This document shows positions 1 to 9,754 of a stretch of 64,000 nucleotides of DNA, piece by piece. The translations under genes and the position numbers were made by a program. Source of the DNA: Polyangia bacterium (GTDB lineage Bacteria; Myxococcota_A; Polyangia; Palsa-1104; JAEUJZ01); assembly GCA_044228505.1 (NCBI GenBank), contig JBGAUT010000016.1:43387-107386 (forward strand), read 5' to 3'. Under the pieces are notes generated by a model. It was not told where the DNA came from. It was given only the letters and a program-made list of their open reading frames with translations, and searched no databases. Position 1 is the first letter of the stretch. Each line of letters begins with the position of its first letter.

Positions 1-504
1 TGTGTGATGGTGGTGCAGCATCTTCCTGTCGGTTTTGCCGACCACTTTGCATCATTTCTGCGGGTGCGAATCCAGCTTCCGGTGGAAGTACCGAACCACC
101 GTTTGGCGATCGTGGCAGGGAAGGTGATAGTTGCTCCTGATGATGCACACTTGGTGATCGGAACTCACGGTCTATGCCAGCCCCTGCACTCTGCTGCGGT
201 TCGTGGACATCGTCCCTCCATTGATCTTCTGTTCGAGTCGATGGCACGCTTCTATGGAGCAGCGAGTGTTGGTGTGGTTCTCAGCGGAATAGGGAATGAT
301 GGCACGGTCGGGCTGCGCGCCATTCAGAAGAGTGGCGGATTGACCGTTTGTCAGGATGGTGAAAGTGCGGCAGTCAACGGCATGCCACGGGCCGCCAGCG
401 ATAGCGGGGCCGCCGCATTTTGTCAAACTCCCAGAGAGATCATTCAGACTCTACTTCGCGTAGGTTCTCGGAACAGAGAGTCAGGAGGACTTCATGGAAC
501 CTGA
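1..504 (+). CDS. cheB: protein-glutamate methylesterase CheB, C-terminal catalytic domain; 5' end cut by window edge
   Basis: Open frame continues from base 1. Contains GVVLSGIGNDGTVGL...GGLTVCQDGESAAVNGMPRAA, the CheB methylesterase active-site region. Confidence 0.75.
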   Translation, partial: CVMVVQHLPVGFADHFASFLRVRIQLPVEVPNHRLAIVAGKVIVAPDDAHLVIGTHGLCQPLHSAAVRGHRPSIDLLFESMARFYGAASVGVVLSGIGNDGTVGLRAIQKSGGLTVCQDGESAAVNGMPRAASDSGAAAFCQTPREIIQTLLRVGSRNRESGGLHGT

Positions 505-1849
505 CTCATTGATCCTGCGGCTCATCGAGCGCATTGAGGAGTGGTACGCAATCGATCTCCGGCAGCGTGAATCAGAAGTGGAGCAGTGGCTGCGTGCGCG
601 TTCTCCATCCGAAGATTCCAAAGGTGCATCCGAGCTGGCAGAGACCATCACGAGTCCGCACAGTCCGCTTGCCAAGGAGCTGCTCCATTGCTTCACGGTA
701 CCGCATACTCGCTTCTTTAGAGACTCAGAGCAGTTCCGTGCGATCGATAGCGCGCTGGCTACGCTTGCTGGAGCCAGACTCCGCATCTGGGTTGCGGGTT
801 GTTCCACAGGCGAAGAGGCGTACACGTTGGCGCTGCTCGCACTGGAGCGCAATCGGGATGTCGAGATCGTCGGGTCAGACATCAATGCCAGTTCGCTCGG
901 GCAGGCCCAGCGTGGCCGCTATCCCGCCAGCGTGCTGGAACACATACCCCGCTCCTTTCACCATCACCTTGTGCATCATGGCTTGGTCGTCGACATATCG
1001 CCCCAGGTGAGTCGGCTCGTGCGGTTTGTCGAACACAACCTAGCAAACCCTCCGCTGCGACCGCAGACTGGTCTTGGCTGGGATATGATTCTCTGTCGAA
1101 ACGTGCTCATCTACTTTCGTGGATCAGTAGTGACAACGACCTTGCACCGGCTGAGCCAAGTACTGGTTCCGGGGGGCTACTTGATGCTAGGGGCGAGTGA
1201 GTTTCATCATCGCTTTTCGAAAGAACTTGTCCCGGTGCGTATTGCTGAGCGGATCGTTCTACAGCGTTTACCGAAGATCGCTTATGAATCGATGTCAGCG
1301 CCTGCTTTCGCTGCACCCATTGTGCGGTCCCGGCCGCTGGAGATTTCTGCGTTGAGCAGAGACTCCTCCATTCCCAAGCCACACCCAATGGCGCAGCGGT
1401 TGCTGTCGGGTCAGCTCGAGTCTGTGTTGACCGAGTCCCTGGCAATGCTGATTCAGGACGAGGCCGCGCAGCCCGCGTTGCTGCTGGCCGGGATTGCGTT
1501 TCATTTGAAGGGCAACCACCAAGAGGCCATCGCGCTCCTTGAACAGACCCAACACCAGCATCCTACCTGCTGGTTGGCTACCTATTATCTGGCTGTGAGT
1601 CTCGATGCATTGGGACGGTATGATGATGCGCGGGAGGCCTATCGATTGCTCCTGCAGAGTCCGTCTCCGACTCCGGCCGCCGAAGCTCTGATCGCGCTAC
1701 TGGATTTGCAACTGTGGAAGGGCGAAGCCTTTGCGCTCGCTCGTTCGCGTTTAAGGGGGTCTCAAGACCGAATTCCCACAGCGATATCCATGACCAGAAG
1801 CGCAGTAACACTCGACGTACGGAAGGAACATGACCAACCGAAGGTTTAA
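494..1849 (+). CDS. cheR: chemotaxis protein methyltransferase CheR with C-terminal TPR-like extension
   Basis: AGGAGGA RBS precedes ATG 494. Contains TRFFRD and RIWVAGCSTGEEAYT SAM-MTase motifs typical of CheR. The C-terminal ~150 aa are helical and TPR-like. The stop overlaps CheB by 11 bp. Confidence 0.8.
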   Translation: MEPDSLILRLIERIEEWYAIDLRQRESEVEQWLRARSPSEDSKGASELAETITSPHSPLAKELLHCFTVPHTRFFRDSEQFRAIDSALATLAGARLRIWVAGCSTGEEAYTLALLALERNRDVEIVGSDINASSLGQAQRGRYPASVLEHIPRSFHHHLVHHGLVVDISPQVSRLVRFVEHNLANPPLRPQTGLGWDMILCRNVLIYFRGSVVTTTLHRLSQVLVPGGYLMLGASEFHHRFSKELVPVRIAERIVLQRLPKIAYESMSAPAFAAPIVRSRPLEISALSRDSSIPKPHPMAQRLLSGQLESVLTESLAMLIQDEAAQPALLLAGIAFHLKGNHQEAIALLEQTQHQHPTCWLATYYLAVSLDALGRYDDAREAYRLLLQSPSPTPAAEALIALLDLQLWKGEAFALARSRLRGSQDRIPTAISMTRSAVTLDVRKEHDQPKV

Positions 1850-2213
1850 AGTACTGCTGGTCGACGACAGTGAGATCTGTCGAGAGACTGCGAAGCTCAT
1901 GCTAGATGACTACGGCTTTGATGTCATCGCACTCGACTCACCGATAGGATTTAGTGTTCGAATGCGCGAGCACAAGCCAGACGTGGCCTTGATTGACGTG
2001 AGTATGCCTGCTCTGAACGGTACACACTTGGTCGAGATCGCGCATCGCCATGGCAACAAAGGAGTCTGCCCCATCATCTTGTTTTCAGGCCGTAGTCGTC
2101 GTGAATTGGACACTCTGGCCCGTCAGTGTGGAGCGGATGGAGTGATCTCGAAGTCTGATGACTGGCCTACCATCGCGAGACTTCTGACCGAGTACCTGCG
2201 TCGTGCGCGTTAG
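1830..2213 (+). CDS. response regulator receiver domain protein (CheY-like)
   Basis: KVLLVDDS...DVALIDVSMPALNGTHLV...ILFSG: single REC domain with conserved Asp pocket. Overlaps the cheR stop. Confidence 0.8.
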   Translation: MTNRRFKVLLVDDSEICRETAKLMLDDYGFDVIALDSPIGFSVRMREHKPDVALIDVSMPALNGTHLVEIAHRHGNKGVCPIILFSGRSRRELDTLARQCGADGVISKSDDWPTIARLLTEYLRRAR

Positions 2214-2544
2214 GGTCAATTCCTACTGATCGATCCTGCAAAAATCCATACGATAGGTTCCGTCAGCACAGGTGGGCGAGTTTCCCGCAGAAGTGCTTCT
2301 CCGGAAACCGTTCGCGAAGATCCTCTGTCGTCAGTAGGGTTCCTCTTTTGCGGACTGGCAAGGGTTGCTGGCAAAACTTGCCGGGTTGCAAGTTTGGAGA
2401 TCCTTGCTAGCAAGCACTTTGCGTCGGGAACGTCTAACTTGGCTGCCCCATCGGAGCATCAGAGCGGTGGCACAGATTTCGCTTTTGAATCTACTTGTCC
2501 TCCATCGCTTACCAATCCTTAGTGACTTGAAAGGGACCGCTACC

Positions 2545-4407
2545 ATGGCCAAGAGAACACCGATCCTGACCTGCTTCGGACTACTCCTTTGCACTGCAGC
2601 AGCTGGATGTTCTGCCTCGTCGAGTGGGGCGGATGCAATTGCTCCGGTGAATTCCTCCAGCACTGCCGACCGGGCCATCGCGGAGGCAGACATCATTGCG
2701 CTTGATAGCGGCAGGCTCTATGCACTCTCTGCGGCAGGGACGGTCTCTGTGGTAGACGTTTCAGTTCCTAGTCAGCTAGCGCTGCTTGGACAAACGAGAA
2801 TGGCGGGTGAGCCGTTTGAGATGTACCGCAGGGGTGATTTCCTGATCACCATGTGGAATGGATCGTTTTCCGCAACTGGAACCGCGAATCCACCGCTCCC
2901 CGAGCCAAGCAGCACTCGCTATGTTCCACCGCCTCCCCGCGATCCGAACTCCGGTGCTGCGGTCGTGGTGCTCGACGTTCGCGATCCGTCACGAATTCGT
3001 CCGGTGGCAACGTTTCCAGTTCCCGGCGAGTTAGCCGATTCTCGAATCGTGGGCGATGTGTTGTACCTTGCGACCTACCAAAACGCCAAGTGTTACAATT
3101 GTGGTGATACCCAGCGTACTGTGGTTACCAGCTTCGATGTGAAGAACACTCTGTCGCTTCGTCGGGTCGACCAGGTTGTCTTTAAGAGCAATGCACCAGA
3201 GTCTTTCAATTTACCCTGGGGTTCGAACTGGAAGCGGAGTCTGTTTGTCACCAATGAGCGTCTCTACGTTGGCGGACATGCTGACCTTGACCCGCGTCTG
3301 TACGGAGATTCCGCTCAAGCGGCAAAGGAAGGAATCATCGACGTACTTGATGTGACGGATCCCGGAGGTCGACTACAACTTGGCGCTCGGATTGAAGTGG
3401 CTGGAGCGGTACTCAGTCGCTGGCAAATGGAAGAGCGTGATGGTGTGCTGCGGGTCATTAGCCAGCGCGGAGCAGGGCGCACGGGAAATGGTCAGGGAAT
3501 GCCGCAGGTCGACACGTATTCGATCGTGAACACCAAGACCTATCTACCGCTCGGCCACACGTCGATCAAACTGCCTCGGCAAGAAGGTCTGCGCACCGTC
3601 CGTTTTGACAAAGATCGCGCCTATGCCATTACCTACAATCAGACCGATCCACTGTTTACCATCGATCTGAAGGATCCCGCTGTGCCCATGGTTCGGGGTG
3701 AGCTAACCATGCCAGGCTTTATGTACTACCTGGAACCATACGGAGATCGGTTGATTGGTCTGGGAGTCGACCGCGATGACCCGCGAGGAAGCCTGAACGT
3801 CTCTCTGTTCGATGTCAGCAACCTAGACCGACCAAAAATGATCAGCCGGGTTCCATTTGGTACTCGCTCTGTGGGCGAAGACTACGTGGTGATCAACTAC
3901 GAGCTGCCTGAAGATCAGGATCGAATTCAAAAGGCTTTTCGTGTGTTCCCAGATGGCCTCGTTGCCGTTCCCTACTCTGATGTGCGCACCTACTACTCCG
4001 GTGATACTTGTGATTCACTACGGAGTGGAATTCAGTTGATGGACTGGTCCGGAGATTCTTTGGTGAAGCGGGCATTCCTCCCTGTCAAAGGGAATCCTCG
4101 TCGAGCTATTGAGCTGGGAACCGAACTGCTGGCGGTGTCGGATGCTACGGTGAGCTCGTTCTCTTTGGTGGACCATGGCGTTGCCAAGAAGACCGCTGAT
4201 GTGACGATTGGAACCTGCACTCCGCGTGTTTTGCCTGAAAACTATGGTTTTGATGGAGAGGGAGACTACTACGGCTTCGGCCTGTTTGGTTGCACGGTGG
4301 GCGGTCCTACTGTACGGCCTGCACAAGGTGCGGGTGCCGCCGTAGTGTTGCTGTTTGGCCTCCTGCTCCGTTTGATCGCTCGTCGCAAGTCATCCCTCCG
4401 TGCTTGA
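2545..4407 (+). CDS. secreted beta-propeller-like lipoprotein with C-terminal MYXO-CTERM-like sorting tail
   Basis: ATG at 2545 gives MAKRTPILTCFGLLLCTAAAGCS, a lipoprotein signal. The C-terminus is GC...GAGAAVVLLFGLLLRLIARRKSS: Gly/Cys, a hydrophobic helix, then an Arg-rich tail. Confidence 0.6.
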   Translation: MAKRTPILTCFGLLLCTAAAGCSASSSGADAIAPVNSSSTADRAIAEADIIALDSGRLYALSAAGTVSVVDVSVPSQLALLGQTRMAGEPFEMYRRGDFLITMWNGSFSATGTANPPLPEPSSTRYVPPPPRDPNSGAAVVVLDVRDPSRIRPVATFPVPGELADSRIVGDVLYLATYQNAKCYNCGDTQRTVVTSFDVKNTLSLRRVDQVVFKSNAPESFNLPWGSNWKRSLFVTNERLYVGGHADLDPRLYGDSAQAAKEGIIDVLDVTDPGGRLQLGARIEVAGAVLSRWQMEERDGVLRVISQRGAGRTGNGQGMPQVDTYSIVNTKTYLPLGHTSIKLPRQEGLRTVRFDKDRAYAITYNQTDPLFTIDLKDPAVPMVRGELTMPGFMYYLEPYGDRLIGLGVDRDDPRGSLNVSLFDVSNLDRPKMISRVPFGTRSVGEDYVVINYELPEDQDRIQKAFRVFPDGLVAVPYSDVRTYYSGDTCDSLRSGIQLMDWSGDSLVKRAFLPVKGNPRRAIELGTELLAVSDATVSSFSLVDHGVAKKTADVTIGTCTPRVLPENYGFDGEGDYYGFGLFGCTVGGPTVRPAQGAGAAVVLLFGLLLRLIARRKSSLRA

Positions 4408-4546
4408 TTCTGCTCGCCGGTTTCAGCAGACCGGCAGCGCTTGCCTGGAAAATCAGCCACGATGACAGGCCGAGCCGCTTCACCGCTTCCATCGAATCTG
4501 CTCTAACGATATTGTCCGCGACACTGGCTCAACGTACAGTGCCGCC

Positions 4547-5659
4547 ATGTTGGAACTGCAACACACCGACAAAGCCGTTGAGAGCCCAGATTTGTCTCCG
4601 ATTTTCGTGATTGGAACGGGTCGATCGGGAACCACCCTGTTGCGGCAGATGTTGAACGCGCATCCCCGCATTCACATCACACACGAAGCTGCATTCTACA
4701 GCTATGCGCAGCACATGCCAGCGGGTTCATCCGTGGATGAATGGCTGGAGCGTTACTTCGAGACGTTCTCATTTGCGTGGATGCATTTGGATCCACGCGA
4801 GGTTCGCGAGGCGCTGCCAAGGGGTCTATCAAAGGACCAGATGCGCGAGGTGTATCTCACCATCATGAGACTGCAAGCGCGACAGCGGGGCAAGGTGCGC
4901 TTCGGTGAAAAGAATCCTCTCGATACCCACAATCTCCCGCGTATTTTTTCGGACTTTCCGGATGCCAGGGTGATCTGCATCATGCGCGATCCTAGACCGA
5001 CGGTACTGTCGTTCAATCGGATGCCATTTGGCACAACCAGTACGATGCTCAACGCGCAGTTGTGTCGCATTCAGTACGAACACATCAAGCCGTACCTGAA
5101 CCGTATCTTGGAAGTACGGCTGGAAGACCTAACTGCCGAGCCCATGCAGACCATGCGGTCCATCCTGCATTTTGTGGGCGAGCCGTGGGATGACGTGGTG
5201 CTTGATCATGTGAAGCACTCGCAGACCGATGATGTACCGCCACTGCCGTGGTTTGTTGGGGCAACTCAACGAGCACCGAATCAGCGTGAGAGCCGAGGCC
5301 GCGATGAGTTAGATCCGGTGTGGACCCGGATCGTCGAATGGGTGAATCAGGAATCGATGACCCACTATGGGTACGAACGGGCCGTGCTTGTGAAGGAACC
5401 GTCGCGTTGGGAGTATGTCTGGGCATTTTGCAAAGACATAAGAGGCATGGCGGAGGCTGCATATCGTCTGTTGTCCATGAAGCGGCTGCTCGATCGTCAC
5501 TTCCAAGGTCGTGAGCGACTCGACCCTCAACGCGGAATGGAAGAGAACGTGCAGCTTAACCCAGCAGCCTGGAGCAACTATCCACAGTTCGAGATGCCGC
5601 AAGTTCCCCGACCAGCGGCCCTCCTGCCCCGCACGATTCAAACGTCTCAAGGCCAATGA
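4547..5659 (+). CDS. sulfotransferase family protein
   Basis: N-terminal IFVIGTGRSGTTLL PAPS-binding P-loop typical of sulfotransferases; ~370 aa. Confidence 0.65.
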   Translation: MLELQHTDKAVESPDLSPIFVIGTGRSGTTLLRQMLNAHPRIHITHEAAFYSYAQHMPAGSSVDEWLERYFETFSFAWMHLDPREVREALPRGLSKDQMREVYLTIMRLQARQRGKVRFGEKNPLDTHNLPRIFSDFPDARVICIMRDPRPTVLSFNRMPFGTTSTMLNAQLCRIQYEHIKPYLNRILEVRLEDLTAEPMQTMRSILHFVGEPWDDVVLDHVKHSQTDDVPPLPWFVGATQRAPNQRESRGRDELDPVWTRIVEWVNQESMTHYGYERAVLVKEPSRWEYVWAFCKDIRGMAEAAYRLLSMKRLLDRHFQGRERLDPQRGMEENVQLNPAAWSNYPQFEMPQVPRPAALLPRTIQTSQGQ

Positions 5660-5726
5660 ATCGGTAAGGTAGCAGGGTTGTGCCATCGGAACTTCGGCTG
5701 AGAGGAGTCGAGAGGAGTCGAGAGGA

Positions 5727-7073
5727 ATGACGATGAAGAGCAGTCTGCAGCGAGCCGGATCACCGAGAAGTCTTCTATCGCAGCTTATTTCTGCACCTGA
5801 TTTGGTACAAACCGTGCGGGCGCTTCCGGCTCCGGCCTTTTCTGCTTTGATTCGACACGTTGGCGTGGAAGATGCGGGAGAGCTTGTCGCACTGGCGACG
5901 AAAGAGCAGCTCGTGACCGCGTTCGATGAGGATCTCTTTGTCAACACCCGGCCCGGCGAAAGGGAGACGTTCGATGGGGCCCGCTTTGCGGTCTGGCTTG
6001 AAGTCCTTCTCGAAGCTGGTGATGAGGTCGCTGCCCGTCGAGTTGCCGATCTTTCGGAAGACTTTGTGGTGCAGGCGATTTCAAGGCTCATCGTGGTACT
6101 GGATCATGATGCGCTGCTTGGCCGCATGAACGAACGAGGACGCGATGTAGAGTACGCAGACAAGGCGATCGAGCGTGCTCTGTCCGAGGAGATTGATGGG
6201 TATTTGCTGCTCTGTCGGGAGTACGATGGTTGGGACGCGGTGATGTCGCTCATCCTGGCGCTGGATCGGAATCAACGTGATTTTTTGGAACGGATCCTGA
6301 GCCGATGTGCAGCGCTGGCCAGTGGATACCTCGATGATCTAAGTGTGCTCACGGGCATATTGTCCGCAGAGGACTCGCTCAGTGAAGATGTCGAAGCTGA
6401 GCGTGAGGATCGTCGCAGCCAGCAAGGCTACGTAGAGCCTCGTTCCGCCCGAGCGTTCCTTGCACTTGCGAGGCAGCCCGGCGCTTCTGATCGAAAATGG
6501 AGCGAACGCGATCCGATGACGCAGTCCTATTTTCGTGAACTGGCGCGGGCCTCGGCGGCTCTCCCCACGACTGTGCCTTCGGTGGAATCGGCCTCTCCCA
6601 AACTCATGGCTTTGCTCGCTGAAGTTGGAGTTGTGCAGCGTGCACCAGGTCGTGCGTTACTCGGAGCCGCTGCTCCGACGTCGATGAATGCACAGAGTCC
6701 GCTGCTTGCGGCGTTGCAGCTACTGTTTGAACAGAATCCGGAGTGCTTCCATCTGCGAATGGAGGAACTGGCCTATCTTTCTAATGTCCTTGTGGCTGGG
6801 GCCAACAACAAGGGGGCTCGATTCCGTGCAGCGGAAGCGGCCGAAGCGGCGCTGGCGACCTGTCGTTTGGGGGCGCAACTGGTTCACGCGGAACGGAGCG
6901 ATGCTTCGCAGCGTTTGTCTCAGCCCGTGACACCGCAGGCCCTTTGTCAGGTGCTCAAGGCCTATGGTGCCGACCTGCTGTTTCGCAGAGCCAGCAGCAT
7001 GCTGGTCACCCATCATCCCCGCTCACCAGGATTCCTTCGATCTGAGGCAGAACTCGACGAACTGGTAAAATGA
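5727..7073 (+). CDS. hypothetical protein (448 aa)
   Basis: Long ORF with a triple GAGAGGAGTC repeat immediately upstream acting as an SD-like motif. No recognisable motif. Confidence 0.5.
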   Translation: MTMKSSLQRAGSPRSLLSQLISAPDLVQTVRALPAPAFSALIRHVGVEDAGELVALATKEQLVTAFDEDLFVNTRPGERETFDGARFAVWLEVLLEAGDEVAARRVADLSEDFVVQAISRLIVVLDHDALLGRMNERGRDVEYADKAIERALSEEIDGYLLLCREYDGWDAVMSLILALDRNQRDFLERILSRCAALASGYLDDLSVLTGILSAEDSLSEDVEAEREDRRSQQGYVEPRSARAFLALARQPGASDRKWSERDPMTQSYFRELARASAALPTTVPSVESASPKLMALLAEVGVVQRAPGRALLGAAAPTSMNAQSPLLAALQLLFEQNPECFHLRMEELAYLSNVLVAGANNKGARFRAAEAAEAALATCRLGAQLVHAERSDASQRLSQPVTPQALCQVLKAYGADLLFRRASSMLVTHHPRSPGFLRSEAELDELVK

Positions 7074-7096
7074 AGCTGTCTGAATCGTTGCTGTGA

Positions 7097-7711
7097 TTGG
7101 CAGAGTGGATTAGGCTACGGTCCACTTTGTCTGAACAGCGCTCAATCTCGCCCGATGAGATGTTTGACCTGCCGATCCGTCGTTACGACGGGGCAGTCTA
7201 CTTGGTAAGCACGCCGCAAGATCGTGAGCGAGCATTGGCCGACATCAGGACAGAGAGCGTAGTTGGTTTTGACACCGAGACACGACCTGCTTTTCGAAAA
7301 GGAGAGAGCTATCTTCCTTGCCTGGCGCAGGTTGCAACTGCACGAGCGGTCTATTTGTTCCAGCTTCAGCAGCAGGATTTTTCTGCGGAAATGCGAGAGC
7401 TACTGGCCTCCGAGCGAGTCGCCAAAGCAGGGGTTGCTCTGGCCAATGATCTTCGCGGGTTAAAGAAGCTGATCGAGTTCGATGCTCGATCCATCGTCGA
7501 CCTGGATCGGGTGGCGCGACACCATGGATTCAAGCAGCCGGGAGTGCGCAACCTCGCAGGTCTGCTTCTCGGTTTTCGGATTCCCAAAGGAACCAAGACT
7601 TCAAACTGGGCCGCACGACAATTGTCTCCCCAGCAGATTTTGTATGCAGCTACGGATGCGTGGGCGTGTCGGGAGCTATACCTTCGGTTCTGTGAGCTCC
7701 GCCTGGTCTAA
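7097..7711 (+). CDS. 3'-5' exonuclease domain protein (RNase D-like, DEDD family)
   Basis: VGFDTETRP (Exo I motif) and YAATDAWA (Exo III). Track start is TTG 7097; ATG 7160 (MFDLPIRRY) is an alternative start. Confidence 0.65.
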   Translation: MAEWIRLRSTLSEQRSISPDEMFDLPIRRYDGAVYLVSTPQDRERALADIRTESVVGFDTETRPAFRKGESYLPCLAQVATARAVYLFQLQQQDFSAEMRELLASERVAKAGVALANDLRGLKKLIEFDARSIVDLDRVARHHGFKQPGVRNLAGLLLGFRIPKGTKTSNWAARQLSPQQILYAATDAWACRELYLRFCELRLV

Positions 7712-7785
7712 GCCTGGCCATTAGGTGCCCAACTTGGCCTGAGAATCCCATTGTTTGGACGCGGACCGTATGCGATCCTAGCGAG

Positions 7786-8961
7786 GTGAGACTCTGGGGA
7801 CCATACAAGCCCACACCTCCTAAAACGCAGTGGCGACTGGTGATCTCGGAGCACGGCTCGCGACGCTCGGTCTGTTTCAATTCAGAAACCGAGGCACTGC
7901 ATTTTCGAGAGAATCTGCGGGCACAAGCGGCGGATCTTGCAACTCATTCGCTGACCGCAAGACAGGCGATTGAAGAGTACATCTCGGAAAAAGAGCGAGA
8001 GTGTGTGGCGGTCTCTGTGCTTACGGTGAGGGAACGCCTGATGCGATTCCTTCCGCTCGATACGCCGCTCCGTTACTTCGATGACGTGCTTGCTCAGCAG
8101 ATCTATGATCGCGAGGTCCAGCGGATTACCAAGCGAAGGAAGCCTGTGGCTGCCGCAACCCATCGCGCAACCCTTCGAACCACGAAAGAGTTTTGGCGAT
8201 GGTTGGTGATGCGGAAGTACGTGAATCACAATCCCTGGGCGCAGATTCTACCTGTAGGAAGACTGAATCATGGCAAGCCGCAGCCCACCATTGGCCAGGC
8301 GCAGAGGCTGGAGTCCTATTTGGTGGCTGGTGCGCAGGCGAATGAGGGCAAGCTGGCGCTGCTTCTGCAACTATATTGCGGACTCCGCAGCGGGGAAGTA
8401 TTGGCACTGAAGGTTCGAGACATCGAGCAGGTCGTCATTGCAGGAGAACGGGTGATCCAAGTCTGCGTCGACCGTGGAAAAACCAAGCATGCGCGGCGAG
8501 CGGCTCGCGTCGCACCCCGAGTCGGAGAACTCCTCATTGATTACATCAAGGGTCGACCAGCGGAGCAGAGAGTGTTTGCTGCCGATCGCTCCGCTCCGCC
8601 GAAAGGTGCATGGCTTCACAAGAGACTGGCTCTGATCTGTCAGGAGCTCGGATTGCCACAGTACTGTCCGCATAGCCTGCGCGGCCTCAACGCAACGATT
8701 GCGCTGGAGGGCGGTGCTACGATGGAAGCCATTGCCAAGGTTCTCGGTCATGGCAGCACTGCCGTGACGGCCAAGCACTATGCCAAGCCGGACAGCGTCT
8801 TAAATGCCAGCCTTCGAAGGGTTGCGGAAGTCCTGTCGAGTGCGTCTTCCTACGTGGAAGAGTCGGTGGTATCCGAAGAAGCGGCGGTGTCTGCGGTTGT
8901 GAGTTCGCTCAGTCCCGGTCAGCTCGCGCTGCTGCGCAAGGTAATCCTTCAGCACGGTTGA
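7786..8961 (+). CDS. site-specific tyrosine recombinase / phage-type integrase
   Basis: C-terminal catalytic domain with LRSGEVLAL (Arg), HSLRG (H-x-x-R), LGHGS (His) and HYAKP (Tyr nucleophile). Starts at GTG 7786. Confidence 0.75.
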   Translation: MRLWGPYKPTPPKTQWRLVISEHGSRRSVCFNSETEALHFRENLRAQAADLATHSLTARQAIEEYISEKERECVAVSVLTVRERLMRFLPLDTPLRYFDDVLAQQIYDREVQRITKRRKPVAAATHRATLRTTKEFWRWLVMRKYVNHNPWAQILPVGRLNHGKPQPTIGQAQRLESYLVAGAQANEGKLALLLQLYCGLRSGEVLALKVRDIEQVVIAGERVIQVCVDRGKTKHARRAARVAPRVGELLIDYIKGRPAEQRVFAADRSAPPKGAWLHKRLALICQELGLPQYCPHSLRGLNATIALEGGATMEAIAKVLGHGSTAVTAKHYAKPDSVLNASLRRVAEVLSSASSYVEESVVSEEAAVSAVVSSLSPGQLALLRKVILQHG

Positions 8962-9147
8962 CCCTGCGTGTTCAGCTACTGCCGCAACCTCGCTGTCGGA
9001 TGGCGCATACAATGTCATGACGCATCGTGCATGTCAGACGGCAGTGACTGCGATGCCGAACGCAAAGTATCAGAGCTTCCATCGATCTGCTTGTAACATA
9101 GAGCGTGAGAGTGCGCGCCACGGGCCGCCCTATCCGGGTCAGCCATC

Positions 9148-9588
9148 ATGCAAGTCGAATCACCAGAAGCACGGACGTGGATCGGGCAGATCATCGGGAA
9201 CCATCGCCTGGTCCGTGTGCTGGGACGTGGCGGTATGGGAATGGTGTTCGAAGCGGTTCACGAGGGAGTGCTAGGGCGGGCAGCGATCAAGATTCTGCGT
9301 CCCGATGTCACCAGCCGAACGGATGTGACGACTCGCTTCTTCAATGAAGCCCGTGCTGCCAATGCCGTCCAGCATCCAGGCATTGTGCGCATCTTCGATT
9401 GTGGATTTACGGAGTCCGGGGTCGCCTATCTGTCGATGGAGTTCTTGGAAGGGGAGTCGCTTCGATCGCGACTGGCCAGGGTGAGGCAGCTACCCACCAA
9501 GACCGCGCTGCGAGTAGCACGTCAGATTGCCTCAGCGCTTGCAGCCGCGCATCGAGTGAAAATCATCCATCGAGATCTCAAACCCGAT
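9148..9588 (+). pseudogene. Hanks-type Ser/Thr protein kinase, N-terminal fragment (subdomains I-VIb) interrupted after HRDLKPD
   Basis: LGRGGMGMVF (Gly loop), AAIKIL (Lys), HPGIVRIF, SMEFLEGESL, IIHRDLKPD. The frame then reads 10 unrelated codons to a stop at 9621. Confidence 0.7.
9581..9588. repeat. 8-bp direct repeat AACCCGAT (left copy) flanking the insertion in the kinase gene
   Basis: An identical octamer recurs at 13847-13854, exactly where kinase homology resumes. Confidence 0.6.
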
Positions 9589-9754
9589 CATCTTCGCTTT
9601 CGTCTGGCGGCGTTGGGATAGGTTCCATTGTGCGAGTGATAGGGCAGGGAACAAAGTTCGGAAACGATCTGCGCGCTCTCGGTCTGGCACAATTGCGTAG
9701 AGGTCACCGATTGTGGCATCAAAGTACGGTACTAAACCAACGATGGAGACAAAG

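Noticed and set aside
9673-9686. sigma-54-like TGGCAC..TTGC upstream of the catalase gene
   Set aside because: The GG to GC spacing is about 7 nt instead of the required 10, so it does not fit the -24/-12 consensus.
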